Shown piece after piece: positions 10,375 to 19,612 of a DNA stretch of 44,739 bases. Position 1 is the first letter of the stretch. Each line of letters opens with the position of its first letter. A program made the translations under genes and the position numbers. The notes under the pieces were generated by a model. It was not told the origin of the DNA. It saw nothing but the letters and a program-made list of their open reading frames with translations, and ran no database searches. Source of the DNA: a virus (lineage: Duplodnaviria > Heunggongvirae > Uroviricota > Caudoviricetes); IMG/VR virus record IMGVR_UViG_2713896776_000002, one strand, 5' to 3'.

Positions 10375-11616
10375 TCATCCCACAAGCCGTATTCCCCTAA
10401 CCCCACTATTAACGATACTGCCGCTATCTGCTGCTTTTACAAAATCAGCCCACCATTGCATCATCGGACGACGTTGCTCAAGATAATCACTGCGGTTATA
10501 AGCGCGACGCACCTCATTTTTGTCTACATGAGCAAGCGCTGCTTCAATGACATCAGGTGGAAATCCTTCCTCATTGAGTGCCGTACTGGCGATAGAACGC
10601 AAGCCGTGTGAAACAAGTACACCTCCTAAGCCAGCACGCTTGAGTGCTGCATTCACTGTTTGGCTATTCATTGGTTGGTTGGGCTTGATACGGCTAGGAA
10701 AGATAAATTCTCGGCCACCACTGAGAGGCTTCATCATTTCCAGAATAGCAAGAGCCCCATCAGATAGTGGAACCGTATGGTCCCGGTTCATCTTCATTCG
10801 AGCTGCAGGAATTTTCCATTCGCTAGCATTGAAATCGATCTCATCCCATCGAGCCTCAGCAGCTTCGGCAGGGCGGGTGATGGTTAGAAGTTGCCACATG
10901 AACAGGCATCGTGTGGACAGGCTGATACTTACCGTGCGCATAGTCTGCATTAATTGTGGAAGTTGATCCGGGCGGATACTAGGCATGTTTTTCTTCTGCG
11001 GTTTCTCGAATGCTTTCCCGATGTTAACGCTGGGAACAGCATCAATTAGGCCTGTGTTCTGAGCATAAATCATGACTTCGTTAATACGCTGACAAAGGCG
11101 GCGAACAGTCTCTAATGCACCTCTGGCCTGAACCGGCTGCACTGCTTTAACCAGAGTATGAGCCTTAATCTCGGTGACACTGATATCACCGATTGCTGGG
11201 AAAACATCTCTCTCAAGCGAGCGCCAGATATCATCGGCATAGTCCTCTGTTACGCTGGCTTTCTTCACATTCCACCAACGCTCGGCAACTAACAGGAAAG
11301 TGTTGGTTTTAGCCTCTTGAGAATTTCTAACCTGCTCTTTCTGATGTTCCTGAGGATCAATGTCTTTCGCCAATAAAACTCGAGATTCAGCTCTGAGTTT
11401 ACGCGCATCAGAAAGGGAGACAGCAGGGTAGGCTCCGAAGCTTTGCTTGGTTCGCTGTTTTGTCAGAGGTCGATAGTAACGGAATTGCCAGAGCTTACTA
11501 CCACTGGACTTGATTAACAGAGTAAGCCCGTCACCATCATATAGCTGGTAATCGGCATCTTTAGGTTTGGCGGCTTTGATTTCCGTATCGGTTAACGGCT
11601 TGGTTTTTCTTGCCAT
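10375..11616 (-). CDS. Tyrosine recombinase, P4-type integrase (CP4-57 IntA-like)
   Basis: ORF 10375-11652; start placed at MARKTKPLTDTEIKAAKPK (ATG 11616, GGAGA RBS); DUF4102-like N-terminus; sits 204 bp from the ssrA 3'-end copy. Confidence 0.9.
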   Translation of the reverse strand: MARKTKPLTDTEIKAAKPKDADYQLYDGDGLTLLIKSSGSKLWQFRYYRPLTKQRTKQSFGAYPAVSLSDARKLRAESRVLLAKDIDPQEHQKEQVRNSQEAKTNTFLLVAERWWNVKKASVTEDYADDIWRSLERDVFPAIGDISVTEIKAHTLVKAVQPVQARGALETVRRLCQRINEVMIYAQNTGLIDAVPSVNIGKAFEKPQKKNMPSIRPDQLPQLMQTMRTVSISLSTRCLFMWQLLTITRPAEAAEARWDEIDFNASEWKIPAARMKMNRDHTVPLSDGALAILEMMKPLSGGREFIFPSRIKPNQPMNSQTVNAALKRAGLGGVLVSHGLRSIASTALNEEGFPPDVIEAALAHVDKNEVRRAYNRSDYLEQRRPMMQWWADFVKAADSGSIVNSGVRGIRLVG

Positions 11617-11819
11617 GGGGAGTCTCCATGCGTTTAGGCCCAACGAAAACAATAGAGCTTTTCGTTGGGCCTATCAATGGGCCTAAAAGGTTCGGATTTA
11701 ATTAGTTCTCTTCGGACTTCGCGGGACAAAGTGAGGGCACAAAAAAGCCCGCAGGGCTTGCGCCGTGCGGGCTCTTAGGACTTCATCGGATGACTCTGGT
11801 AATCACCGATGGAGAATTT

Positions 11820-11851
11820 TGGTGGAGCTGGCGGGAGTTGAACCCGAGTCC
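11820..11851 (-). repeat. ssrA (tmRNA) 3'-terminal fragment = attachment-site core copy (att) at the junction of the two elements
   Basis: Minus-strand reading ggacTcgggttcaactcccgccagctccacca matches the tmRNA 3' end (ending CCA) with one mismatch; similarity stops after ~32 nt, so no full tmRNA gene is present. Confidence 0.7.
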
Positions 11852-11924
11852 GTATTTTTATAATTAGCTGAAATAAAACGATTAATACTAACCATTTTAT
11901 TCTGCGGATCTTTTGCGGCTCCTT

Positions 11925-12824
11925 TTATGTCTGGATGTGGTCGTCAACACATCCTCTTTTAAATACAGGCGCTTTTACCTTAGTTGGATCATCTGTTTTA
12001 AAGATTTTCAATCGTTCACTGAAGAACATTACCTCAGATCCTTTGTACCGATCTTGAGCACTGTAGTTTATTCCATATACTAATGATGATGTCTTATACA
12101 TAGCTTGGATCTCAGGAGTGTTATCGTAAGAAACAATCCAAGGTGTTTTAATATTATTCTGTACGACTTTTGCAACCCTAACATGATCATCATGATTATA
12201 ATGGTTGATATATAAACCTTTACCTTTTATGTAATAAGGTGGATCCAAATATGTTAATGAGTTTTGTGGCAATTGAATAACTATTTTTTTAATGAAATCA
12301 ATTGCATCCATGTTATATAAATCTATTCTGTGACGATTTTCTGATATTTTATGGATTCGAGAAATCAAATCACTCTTATTATAGCGAGCGTCAAGCTTCC
12401 ATTTCCCTTCTTGATTTTTACCGCCAATTACTCCACCTTTTAATATTCCAGAACGATTTGTTCTATTGAGAAAAAAGGTTGAGAAACCAATTGTTAAAAG
12501 ATCATGGTCTTTAGGATTATTAATTATATCTTTCTGCCTAAACCATTCATCCATTGTAACTTCAGTTCTTTCAATTAAAGAACATAATTGATCTGCATGA
12601 TTTAATACACTGTGCCAAAAAGCATAAACAGAAATATTAATATCATTAAGGATGATTTTTTCAGCTGCATTTAGATGTAACAGTTTCAATGCTAAACCAG
12701 CACCCCCAGCATATGGTTCGGCATAATGTATAGGCGAAAGATTATTTTCTTCAATAAGCCGAAGCATGAAATTTGCAAGCTTGCCTTTACCGCCAGGATA
12801 GCGAAGTGGGGTGTTAAAACGCAT
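11925..12824 (-). CDS. DNA adenine methyltransferase, Dam family (D12 class N6-adenine MTase)
   Basis: 299 aa; motifs LRYPGGKGKL (Dam N-terminal), EPYAGGAG (AdoMet), LDPPY (catalytic motif IV); AT-rich. Confidence 0.8.
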   Translation of the reverse strand: MRFNTPLRYPGGKGKLANFMLRLIEENNLSPIHYAEPYAGGAGLALKLLHLNAAEKIILNDINISVYAFWHSVLNHADQLCSLIERTEVTMDEWFRQKDIINNPKDHDLLTIGFSTFFLNRTNRSGILKGGVIGGKNQEGKWKLDARYNKSDLISRIHKISENRHRIDLYNMDAIDFIKKIVIQLPQNSLTYLDPPYYIKGKGLYINHYNHDDHVRVAKVVQNNIKTPWIVSYDNTPEIQAMYKTSSLVYGINYSAQDRYKGSEVMFFSERLKIFKTDDPTKVKAPVFKRGCVDDHIQT

Positions 12825-12903
12825 ATGATACCTCTAAATGTCAGATCTAAAGTATATCAAAAAAAGGGCTTTGTGGCCATCACATAAAGCCCTTTTTAAT
12901 CAA

Positions 12904-14637
12904 TTAGTTATCTGACAGATATGATGAGATGGTAGCAGAATCGACACCATGTCCACTTGTCATAATAACTTTAAGACTCTTTATTAGTTCATTCTTGAAG
13001 CTATCCGATTGCACAGGATTTTTCTCGACCCAATATCGATATGGGTTATCTTTAACTCGCCCTTTTACTTGGGCCTGAAATTGAGTCGTATGTGCAAAAT
13101 CTTTAAACAGTTTTCTAACTATCCCGCCATGGTTTTTGTTAACTTTTTTATAATTATCTATAAGGATTTTTAAATCAATCGGAGCGTTACCAATCTTTAG
13201 CGTTGCAATTATGTCTTTAGCTGTTTTCATAAAAACAGCTTTTGTAAATTTATTTTTATTTTCCCAATATGCATCATCAGGTGGTAAATTATATAAAAAC
13301 TCAAAAATCATTTGGTCTGGAGGTAAGGTGCTTGGAAGCAAACATAAGTTTTTTTCTTTTTTGGCTTTTTTTGCATTAGCACTATTGTCGTGAACAACAT
13401 CACCGTCTAAGACGATCAAGCTTTTAGCTGTAAATTCTGGTATTTTTCTTGCCATTAAGTCAAGCATGGCAGAGCAGCTAATATTTATATTCCCTAATGG
13501 ATTTAATATTTTATTTATTTTTCGATCTGTTATCAATTGTTTGAAAAAGTCGAAACCTTCTTTGTCTTCAAAATATACATTTGCCTTTGGAAGACAAATG
13601 TCATCATTAATTTTTACAGTTTCAACATGTAAATCAGCGTGGATATCTGTCCATGAAAGATTATTCTTTGTTTTAATATCTCCATATGTGTCTGTAAGAT
13701 ATATTGTTTTAAAGCTATCACTATCTTGTTTTGAACGATTATAGATATCCTCTATTATTAATGGAGAGTGCGAGGTCATGATTATTTGCAGATCGTATTG
13801 TTTTGCTGCTTTAGTTAGAATATTAATTAGCTCTAACTGTGCAGCAGGGAAAAGACCTGCATCGGCTTCATCAATTAACAATATTCCGCCATGATAATCA
13901 GAATAAGTTTCCTTCAATCTTTTAAATGAAAAAATTGCTTGGATTAATTGTCCAACATTATCTTCACCAACAGATACTGATTGGTGATCATAATTGTCAC
14001 CATGGACAACCATTGAATCGATAGTACCTTTTGTTGCTGTTACTGAGCTTCCATTGTTTTTTAGTAAGAGTTGGTTACTCATCATTCTGATTTCATCAGA
14101 ATTTTCATTGATGTACTGAACATCCCGTGTTGAGTAATCAGTCCTTAATGTAATAGGAAGAAGTCGTGCTAAGCTTAAAAAAATAACAGGATGAGTAACG
14201 TTTCTACTTTGGTTTTTTTCCGGTATTGAATCATTTCCCCTGACTACAGGCCTTGATTTATCTCTGTCACTGTAGCTGTATAAACCTAATGTTAGTTTTT
14301 CAAGATGTTTGTTCGATGCACCATCATAGACACTAATTTTGACGTCCATTGAACCAGGAACATCAAATTGTTCTGAAAGCCTAAAATGTTCGCTGAAAGC
14401 TGACTTGAAGCTGCCATTTGTTAATGTTTTATATTGTGTTAAATCAGTCTCAGGGTTTTTGGTAAAGTCCTTTGTAAAGCTAAATATTTGGGCGATAATG
14501 CCAAGAATTGTGGATTTAGATGTGCCATTTTTACCACAAATAACAGTTAGGCGAGAACCAAACTCGATGTTTATATTTTTCAGTCCGCGAAACTTCACAA
14601 CATTTATATTTTTTAGTTTGGTAATTTGATTTGCCAT
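12904..14637 (-). CDS. OLD-family-like ABC ATPase with C-terminal TOPRIM-like domain (candidate exclusion nuclease)
   Basis: ORF 12904-14688; start placed at MANQITKL (ATG 14637). Walker A GKNGTSKST, Walker B ILLIDEAD, H-loop MTSHSP; C-terminal YFEDKEG ... IVLDGD resembles TOPRIM E and DxD motifs. Same size class as P2 Old. Confidence 0.55.
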   Translation of the reverse strand: MANQITKLKNINVVKFRGLKNINIEFGSRLTVICGKNGTSKSTILGIIAQIFSFTKDFTKNPETDLTQYKTLTNGSFKSAFSEHFRLSEQFDVPGSMDVKISVYDGASNKHLEKLTLGLYSYSDRDKSRPVVRGNDSIPEKNQSRNVTHPVIFLSLARLLPITLRTDYSTRDVQYINENSDEIRMMSNQLLLKNNGSSVTATKGTIDSMVVHGDNYDHQSVSVGEDNVGQLIQAIFSFKRLKETYSDYHGGILLIDEADAGLFPAAQLELINILTKAAKQYDLQIIMTSHSPLIIEDIYNRSKQDSDSFKTIYLTDTYGDIKTKNNLSWTDIHADLHVETVKINDDICLPKANVYFEDKEGFDFFKQLITDRKINKILNPLGNINISCSAMLDLMARKIPEFTAKSLIVLDGDVVHDNSANAKKAKKEKNLCLLPSTLPPDQMIFEFLYNLPPDDAYWENKNKFTKAVFMKTAKDIIATLKIGNAPIDLKILIDNYKKVNKNHGGIVRKLFKDFAHTTQFQAQVKGRVKDNPYRYWVEKNPVQSDSFKNELIKSLKVIMTSGHGVDSATISSYLSDN

Positions 14638-14660
14638 GTTTCTATCTTGCTCCGTAAAAT

Positions 14661-14677
14661 GGCCACAAATTGTGGCC
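14661..14677. promoter_or_regulatory. Palindrome GGCCACAA-a-TTGTGGCC between the int stop and the OLD-like gene start
   Basis: 8-bp perfect arms; sits in the likely 5' leader of the OLD-like gene. Confidence 0.35.
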
Positions 14678-14695
14678 AATAGTTTCATGCTTGGA

Positions 14696-15862
14696 TTATA
14701 TTGTTATCTTCTTCAAGCTTGTTTGTCCATCATATTCCTTCAGATATGAGCCATAGTGCCTGAAAAGCATCTCAGGCCCTTTATGCCCCATTTGAGCTGC
14801 AAGCCAAAACAGGTTTGCTCCCCGGCTGATATGTCTGGTGGCGAATGTATGCCTGGTTTGATATGGGTTTCTGTAACGAATACCTGCTTTTCGCAATGTT
14901 GGCACCCATGCTTTTTTCCTAATTGCATCAGCACTTGCCCAGGGTTTATTGGTCTTTGGATCTTCAAAGACAGTAGCATCCTTCATGAATGTAAATGGCT
15001 TCTGGTTTATCAACGCCAACATTGCTTCTTCAGTCAGTTCAACTTTACGGGTACCGGCTTTTGTCTTTGTTCCTTTGATAACTCCGACAACACTTGCGCT
15101 CTGAACATGGGCTGTTTTTCCAACAAAGTCGATATCATGCCATCGTAGGGCACATAATTCAGAACTACGCAGGCCTGTATGTATGGCGAACCGGAACAGA
15201 TTTTCCCATTGTTTGTTTCCGGCTGCTGCTAGTAATGCATCAACTTCTGCTGGTGATAGCGGATCAACCACATAGCTGCTTTCTGCTTCTGACTTATCAC
15301 TTTGGTAGCGCGAAGCAGTTACCAACGATACGGGGTTAATTTGAAGTACCCCATCGGTTACGGCTTCATCAAGTGCTGACCGCAGGAAAGATAACTGGTT
15401 GCGAATTGTTTTTAAGGTCGTTTTCTGGCTTTGAATCCACGCTTTCAGGATTGCTGGTGTTAATTCACTTGCAGGGCAAATGTGGAGTGAGGCTAACGCA
15501 CTACGGCATTTTTTATAACCACCAATCGTAGATGGTGAAAGTTTTCTCGTTTCGCAGATTTCAAGGTATTCGTCCAGGTACATTTTTACCGTTTTGCCTG
15601 CAGCAGCATTACCAAAAATTTTCAAACGAGCAGAACGGGGAAAATATTCCGCATAAATGAATGTTCCCCTTTCGATCTTATTATGAATTTCGCCGAGTGT
15701 GCGCTCGGCGTATTTAATGTTCTTTGGTGTTACTTCCAGATTGGAAAGAGGCTCACGACATTTAACGCCTTTGTAGGTGAAAGTTATATTGATCGTTTCG
15801 CCCTGGCGGTGTTTCCTGATTGTTACGCCGCGCGGTAGTTTGAGCAGTTTTGTCTGGCCCAT
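14696..15862 (-). CDS. Phage integrase, tyrosine recombinase
   Basis: 388 aa; C-terminal catalytic region ...RHTFATRHISRGANLFWLAAQMGHKGPEMLFRHYGSYL (R-H-R-Y signature); overlaps upstream xis. Confidence 0.9.
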   Translation of the reverse strand: MGQTKLLKLPRGVTIRKHRQGETINITFTYKGVKCREPLSNLEVTPKNIKYAERTLGEIHNKIERGTFIYAEYFPRSARLKIFGNAAAGKTVKMYLDEYLEICETRKLSPSTIGGYKKCRSALASLHICPASELTPAILKAWIQSQKTTLKTIRNQLSFLRSALDEAVTDGVLQINPVSLVTASRYQSDKSEAESSYVVDPLSPAEVDALLAAAGNKQWENLFRFAIHTGLRSSELCALRWHDIDFVGKTAHVQSASVVGVIKGTKTKAGTRKVELTEEAMLALINQKPFTFMKDATVFEDPKTNKPWASADAIRKKAWVPTLRKAGIRYRNPYQTRHTFATRHISRGANLFWLAAQMGHKGPEMLFRHYGSYLKEYDGQTSLKKITI

Positions 15863-16041
15863 TTTGCAACCTCACTAAGATCAATCCACCTCTCCTTAAC
15901 GCCTTCAACCTTTAAAACCTGAACACCTTCACGCCAAACACCGCGCTGTACACGTTTGTTTATTGCTTCAGGAGTTTCGCCAGTTTCTTTGCAATAAGTT
16001 GAGATAGGAACACAATCGAGGTTCAGCATATGTTTCTCCAC
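15823..16041 (-). CDS. Excisionase-like protein (Xis/TorI-like)
   Basis: 72-aa ORF immediately upstream of and overlapping int; small basic HTH-like protein. Confidence 0.55.
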   Translation of the reverse strand: MEKHMLNLDCVPISTYCKETGETPEAINKRVQRGVWREGVQVLKVEGVKERWIDLSEVAKWARQNCSNYRAA

Positions 16042-16088
16042 TTAGCCCGCTGCACATGGGCAGTAATATTAAATTCCAGTCCTGATAA

Positions 16089-16304
16089 TTAATTTTGTTC
16101 TCTGGTTGCTACTTGTTTTATTGGCCTGATGCTGTCCAGGAGCAGACGGCGGCGCATGTTTGGCGCGCCCCAACGGTAACCAGTCTTTTTGTCGTAGGAT
16201 TCACAACGTCCGACAACCCAGGAGGTTTCAGTGGAATGTAATTTCATCCGCTTTTCACCGTCTCGGGTGATAACAATTCCTGTATGAGTTTTTATCACGC
16301 TCAT
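16089..16304 (-). CDS. Hypothetical early-left prophage protein (YfdT-like position)
   Basis: 71-aa ORF overlapping neighbour stop; part of a co-directional operon. Confidence 0.4.
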   Translation of the reverse strand: MSVIKTHTGIVITRDGEKRMKLHSTETSWVVGRCESYDKKTGYRWGAPNMRRRLLLDSIRPIKQVATREQN

Positions 16305-16663
16305 TTTTTATTCTCCGGTGCTTTCGGCATTACTGCCCAGTGGGTAATATTGACGTTTTCAAGGTCCCCGACCTGAAATGTCCACTGCCATTCTCCGGTT
16401 TCTTTTTGCCCCCATGTGTACCAGAGAGAACGCCAGCCAATCAGCCAGCCTTCTCCATTAGCATCAAATAACAGAACACTTTCATGTGCTGGCGGCAGTT
16501 CAGCTGACACTGGTATTACTTTGTTTTCCAGTGCTGCACATTTAGCTTCAAGCGCATCGAATTTACGTATCAGGTATTCAGCATCCGTTTCATTCACTTT
16601 CAGATCTCGCGGTACACATTTCCCGCGAAGAAACCCTTCCATTTCGAAAACATTCATGCGCAT
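16301..16663 (-). CDS. Hypothetical early-left prophage protein (YfdS-like)
   Basis: 120-aa ORF, translationally coupled to neighbours. Confidence 0.45.
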   Translation of the reverse strand: MRMNVFEMEGFLRGKCVPRDLKVNETDAEYLIRKFDALEAKCAALENKVIPVSAELPPAHESVLLFDANGEGWLIGWRSLWYTWGQKETGEWQWTFQVGDLENVNITHWAVMPKAPENKK

Positions 16664-17190
16664 TTGCGTAACTCCGATAACTCGTTGAAGCGCTCAATAA
16701 ACATCCCGTAGGCATGGCTCGGTGCCAGTGGAATCACGTTGAACATCTCTGTTGCCGGGATACCTTCCAGTACAGGCCAGAAAGAGCCATCATCAAGCCC
16801 GAGATCGCGGCGTTCGGTTGCCAGCATGATGAGATCGGCATATTTCACAGGCGTGCTCATAACCGTGGGTAACCCGTATTTCTCACGGATTACGGCGTCT
16901 ATTTTTTCTTCCATCCGTTTATAGTCGGGAAGAAGGCGTTTCAGTGGCGCGGGGATGTCCTGGCAATACGCTTCTGTCGCATCATGCATTAACGCTTCAA
17001 AAGCAAATTCCTGCGGTACCAGCTGGCTGCAAAGCACCGCATGTTGGGCGACGCTGTAGAAGTGTGAAAGATGGCCGGCAAAGCGACAGATATTTGAAAG
17101 GGAAACCGCGATATCGTTAATATCGATGTTGTCTTTATTTATCCTGTCATAATAAAAATGCTTCCCGGAAAAAGTTTTAATAAATGACAT
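16654..17190 (-). CDS. HD-domain phosphohydrolase (YfdR-like 5'-deoxynucleotidase)
   Basis: ORF 16654-17217; start placed at MSFIKTFSGKHFYY; HD motif region (...FAGHLSHFYSVAQHAVL...MHDATEAY...). Confidence 0.7.
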   Translation of the reverse strand: MSFIKTFSGKHFYYDRINKDNIDINDIAVSLSNICRFAGHLSHFYSVAQHAVLCSQLVPQEFAFEALMHDATEAYCQDIPAPLKRLLPDYKRMEEKIDAVIREKYGLPTVMSTPVKYADLIMLATERRDLGLDDGSFWPVLEGIPATEMFNVIPLAPSHAYGMFIERFNELSELRKCA

Positions 17191-17317
17191 TTTGTTCTCC
17201 ACGTATATGCGCTGCACCGCGCTGAATTCTGGTAAAAAGAATCCCTCACCATCCGGCGATTATTGAGTAAATTACGTTTCCATAAATGCCCCCGCAGGGG
17301 CATTTGCAGTAATGAAA

Positions 17318-18142
17318 TCAGGCGGTGAAAGTACCAATAAAGGTTTCTACTTTGCTGTCCTTGAATTTCTCAACAAGCAGATCACGAAATTCGTTAGCCA
17401 TTTCTTCCTGCACCGCCTCCAGCTGAATAATGCGTAGAACCAGTACAGGACGATCGCCAGTGATAATACTGAGGCGTAATTTAAACGGACGTTCTTTCAG
17501 ACCTTCAAACGGAACGCATTTAAATTCAAATGCCACTGGCATAATGTCTTTGGTCTTCGCTTCGACAGACTCCATCAGGGAGCGTTTGCCGCTGAAGTCA
17601 TTATCTTCAAAATCAGCGGTCTGGTTTGCTTCAATCGTGATTTTACGGACAGCCGCAGCCGCTTTTGTTGCCTGAATAGCGTCACCATTAGCATCAAAGC
17701 CCACAAGATAGTCGGCCCAGTCTTCAATCCATTCTGCCAGTGACTTCTGGGAGTTACGCTCGCCGTTAACAGACAACAGAGCAGAGAACGGTGCTGTCTT
17801 TTTCAGTTTGAGTGTGGCGGTGTTATCTGCGTGACCTGGTTCATCAATAGTACCCAGGTTAAGCACACTGACGGCACGCATATTATCAGCATCGATAAAG
17901 CAGCGGGTGCCTTCATCTGCAAGATCTTTAGAATAACGGGTAAAGTCATCGATGCTGGCAGTGGAAAGCGCACCACGGAAACGGAAGCGATTTAAATTAA
18001 ATTTTTCCAGATCATGAATGCGGAAATTCTCAGGCAATGCCACAGCATCGGCACCAATCTTACTGATAATTTCATTAACACCCTGAGCAGAAATAAGGGC
18101 ATGGATTTGATTAATTGCGGTTGCGTCTAAGTTCTGAGACAT
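17318..18142 (-). CDS. DUF2303-family prophage protein (YfdQ-like)
   Basis: 274-aa ORF; sequence and position recall yfdQ of CPS-53/KplE1. From memory. Confidence 0.6.
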   Translation of the reverse strand: MSQNLDATAINQIHALISAQGVNEIISKIGADAVALPENFRIHDLEKFNLNRFRFRGALSTASIDDFTRYSKDLADEGTRCFIDADNMRAVSVLNLGTIDEPGHADNTATLKLKKTAPFSALLSVNGERNSQKSLAEWIEDWADYLVGFDANGDAIQATKAAAAVRKITIEANQTADFEDNDFSGKRSLMESVEAKTKDIMPVAFEFKCVPFEGLKERPFKLRLSIITGDRPVLVLRIIQLEAVQEEMANEFRDLLVEKFKDSKVETFIGTFTA

Positions 18143-18207
18143 AATAAGTCCTCACTATATAAAGATATTCAGTGATGAGATAAATAATCAGTTAATTAAA
18201 AACGATA

Positions 18208-18570
18208 TTAACGACCTGCTGCGCGGAGTTTTCCGTCAGGTTCACCGGCAAGAGTCAGTAACTGTCCCTGGTCTTCCTGCAGAATAGTCAGGCGACCACC
18301 GCGATTGACATACATCGGCGTTTCGGTGGTGTCTTCTTCGGAAATTTTCCCGCGGTTAGTCGGGCGAACATATGAGAGTTTGTGTTTGATTTTCACTCGG
18401 TTCTCATCAAACGGTTCGATTTCCAGGTTGAGCGAGACCTTACCTTTGGTTTTCGTGTTCATCACACCGGAAGCGACTTCACTGAGAACTGCGCCGATTT
18501 TGGTTTCAAATACGCCGCCGTCCAGCTCCCCGATAAATGCCTGCACATCAGTACTGCGTTCGCTAGCCAT
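18208..18570 (-). CDS. YfdP-like prophage protein
   Basis: ORF 18208-18888, but only the last 120 codons (from MASERSTDVQ...) look protein-like; the upstream 106 codons are GC-rich junk-like. Confidence 0.5.
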   Translation of the reverse strand: MASERSTDVQAFIGELDGGVFETKIGAVLSEVASGVMNTKTKGKVSLNLEIEPFDENRVKIKHKLSYVRPTNRGKISEEDTTETPMYVNRGGRLTILQEDQGQLLTLAGEPDGKLRAAGR

Positions 18571-19000
18571 TTTGCTGCTCCTCATCATATCGACCCTGCA
18601 AGGCCGGTTAGTTTCTCCACAAAACAGAGAAGAACACCTGCGGTGACTGCCGCCCGGATGGATTGGGTTATGAGCCCGTCGTCCGGTGATGCTCTTCTCT
18701 GTTTTGTAAAAAGGACGGTACCAGCCGGAAGCAAGGGTACAAGCTGGTACCGCCAAGACAACACACAGCATAAAGTTGTGGTGCCGGGTGCCTCCCGGTG
18801 CCTGGCGAAGGTTGTACACCAGACGGGTGGGTATCCACAGAAGGTCGACTGTCAGCCTTAACCTTAACCCGCGTGCGCTGAGCCGCATTCACCACAACGC
18901 TAAGGATTCTCTCTGGTTGAAAATTCTTAGCTGTTATGTGCCTGCTTTTAGCCACATCAGGCGAGGTGGACCTGGTTATTCCCCAACAACAAGGATTCGG

Positions 19001-19006
19001 TATAAT
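19001..19006 (+). promoter_or_regulatory. Candidate -10 hexamer (TATAAT) for the peptide/membrane-protein operon
   Basis: Perfect TATAAT 33 bp upstream of the ATG at 19039; weak -35. Confidence 0.3.
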
Positions 19007-19038
19007 CTGGATATCCCAACAACAGGTAGGAAGGAAAT

Positions 19039-19122
19039 ATGTACGTAGATAGCAATGAAAAATTTCATGTTCCGGTAAATCAGAGACCAGCACCGATCCC
19101 TGAGCCGAAACCTGAAATGTAA
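19039..19122 (+). CDS. Small proline-rich peptide 1 (27 aa; MYVDSNEKFHVPVNQRPAPIPEPKPEM)
   Basis: ATG preceded by AGGAAGGA RBS; stop lies 10 nt before the membrane-protein start; shares the H-[VI]-P ... RP-x-P ... PKP motif with two downstream mini-ORFs. Confidence 0.35.
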   Translation: MYVDSNEKFHVPVNQRPAPIPEPKPEM

Positions 19123-19132
19123 GGGAATAGAG

Positions 19133-19612
19133 ATGACTCGAGACGATCTAGCATTCGATATTCATTATTCTTTCTTTCTTGAGAAAATGAATTACACCCT
19201 TTTAAATCGGATAGACAAGAGCATAACTCTTGTTCTCATTGTCTTGGGCTTTTCTGTTTTTGCGCCATATAGCAATATGTTTATTTTTGGCGCATCTGTA
19301 GCTATTTTGTCGGTGCTTCAATTGGTATACCAATTTGGGCAGGAAGCTGGCTTATCAAAGGAACAGATGCGACAGTATAAAAGGTTGATTGTTGAGTTTT
19401 CCTCCCTTTCTGATGACGAACTACGCACTCGGTTTTTAAAGGTTCAAGACGCTGATAGTAATCCATGGAGATCTTTACAAGATGCTGCGTTCAAACGGAC
19501 CTGTATTGCGCTGGGACGTGTTGATGAGTCAGAAATATCATTCATGCATAGCGTTATCGCATGGTTTGCTGGAGATTTGCCTCGGTCAAAAAGGTGTAAT
19601 AATGACAAATAG
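19133..19612 (+). CDS. Predicted membrane protein with two N-terminal TM helices (candidate exclusion/abortive-infection factor)
   Basis: 159 aa; hydrophobic segments ITLVLIVLGFSVFAPY and MFIFGASVAILSVLQLVYQFG; lies between the early-left operon and cI, convergent to cI. Confidence 0.5.
   Translation: MTRDDLAFDIHYSFFLEKMNYTLLNRIDKSITLVLIVLGFSVFAPYSNMFIFGASVAILSVLQLVYQFGQEAGLSKEQMRQYKRLIVEFSSLSDDELRTRFLKVQDADSNPWRSLQDAAFKRTCIALGRVDESEISFMHSVIAWFAGDLPRSKRCNNDK

Larger units (their letters stand above)
1..11852. mobile_element. CP4-57-like integrative island (P4-family integrase + AlpA + DUF3987 + YfjJ-like) with Type I R-M cargo; left boundary lies outside the window
   Basis: Gene content and order int-(2 ORFs)-alpA-yfjI-like-yfjJ-like mirror the CP4-57 island; integrase start sits 204 bp from an ssrA 3'-end copy; hsd operon abuts the yfjJ-like gene. 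Boundaries inferred. Confidence 0.55.

Noticed and set aside
10547-10966. 139-aa plus-strand ORF inside the island integrase gene
   Set aside because: Antisense to the integrase; no start context.
11820-12182. Full-length tmRNA (ssrA) gene on the minus strand
   Set aside because: Only the 3'-terminal ~32 nt match tmRNA; the adjacent sequence is AT-rich and encodes the Dam-like gene, so this is an att copy and not an RNA gene.
18571-18888. N-terminal 106 codons of the 226-aa ORF 18208-18888
   Set aside because: Arg/Pro/Cys-rich low-complexity translation of a GC-rich structured region; the real gene most likely starts at MASERS (18570).
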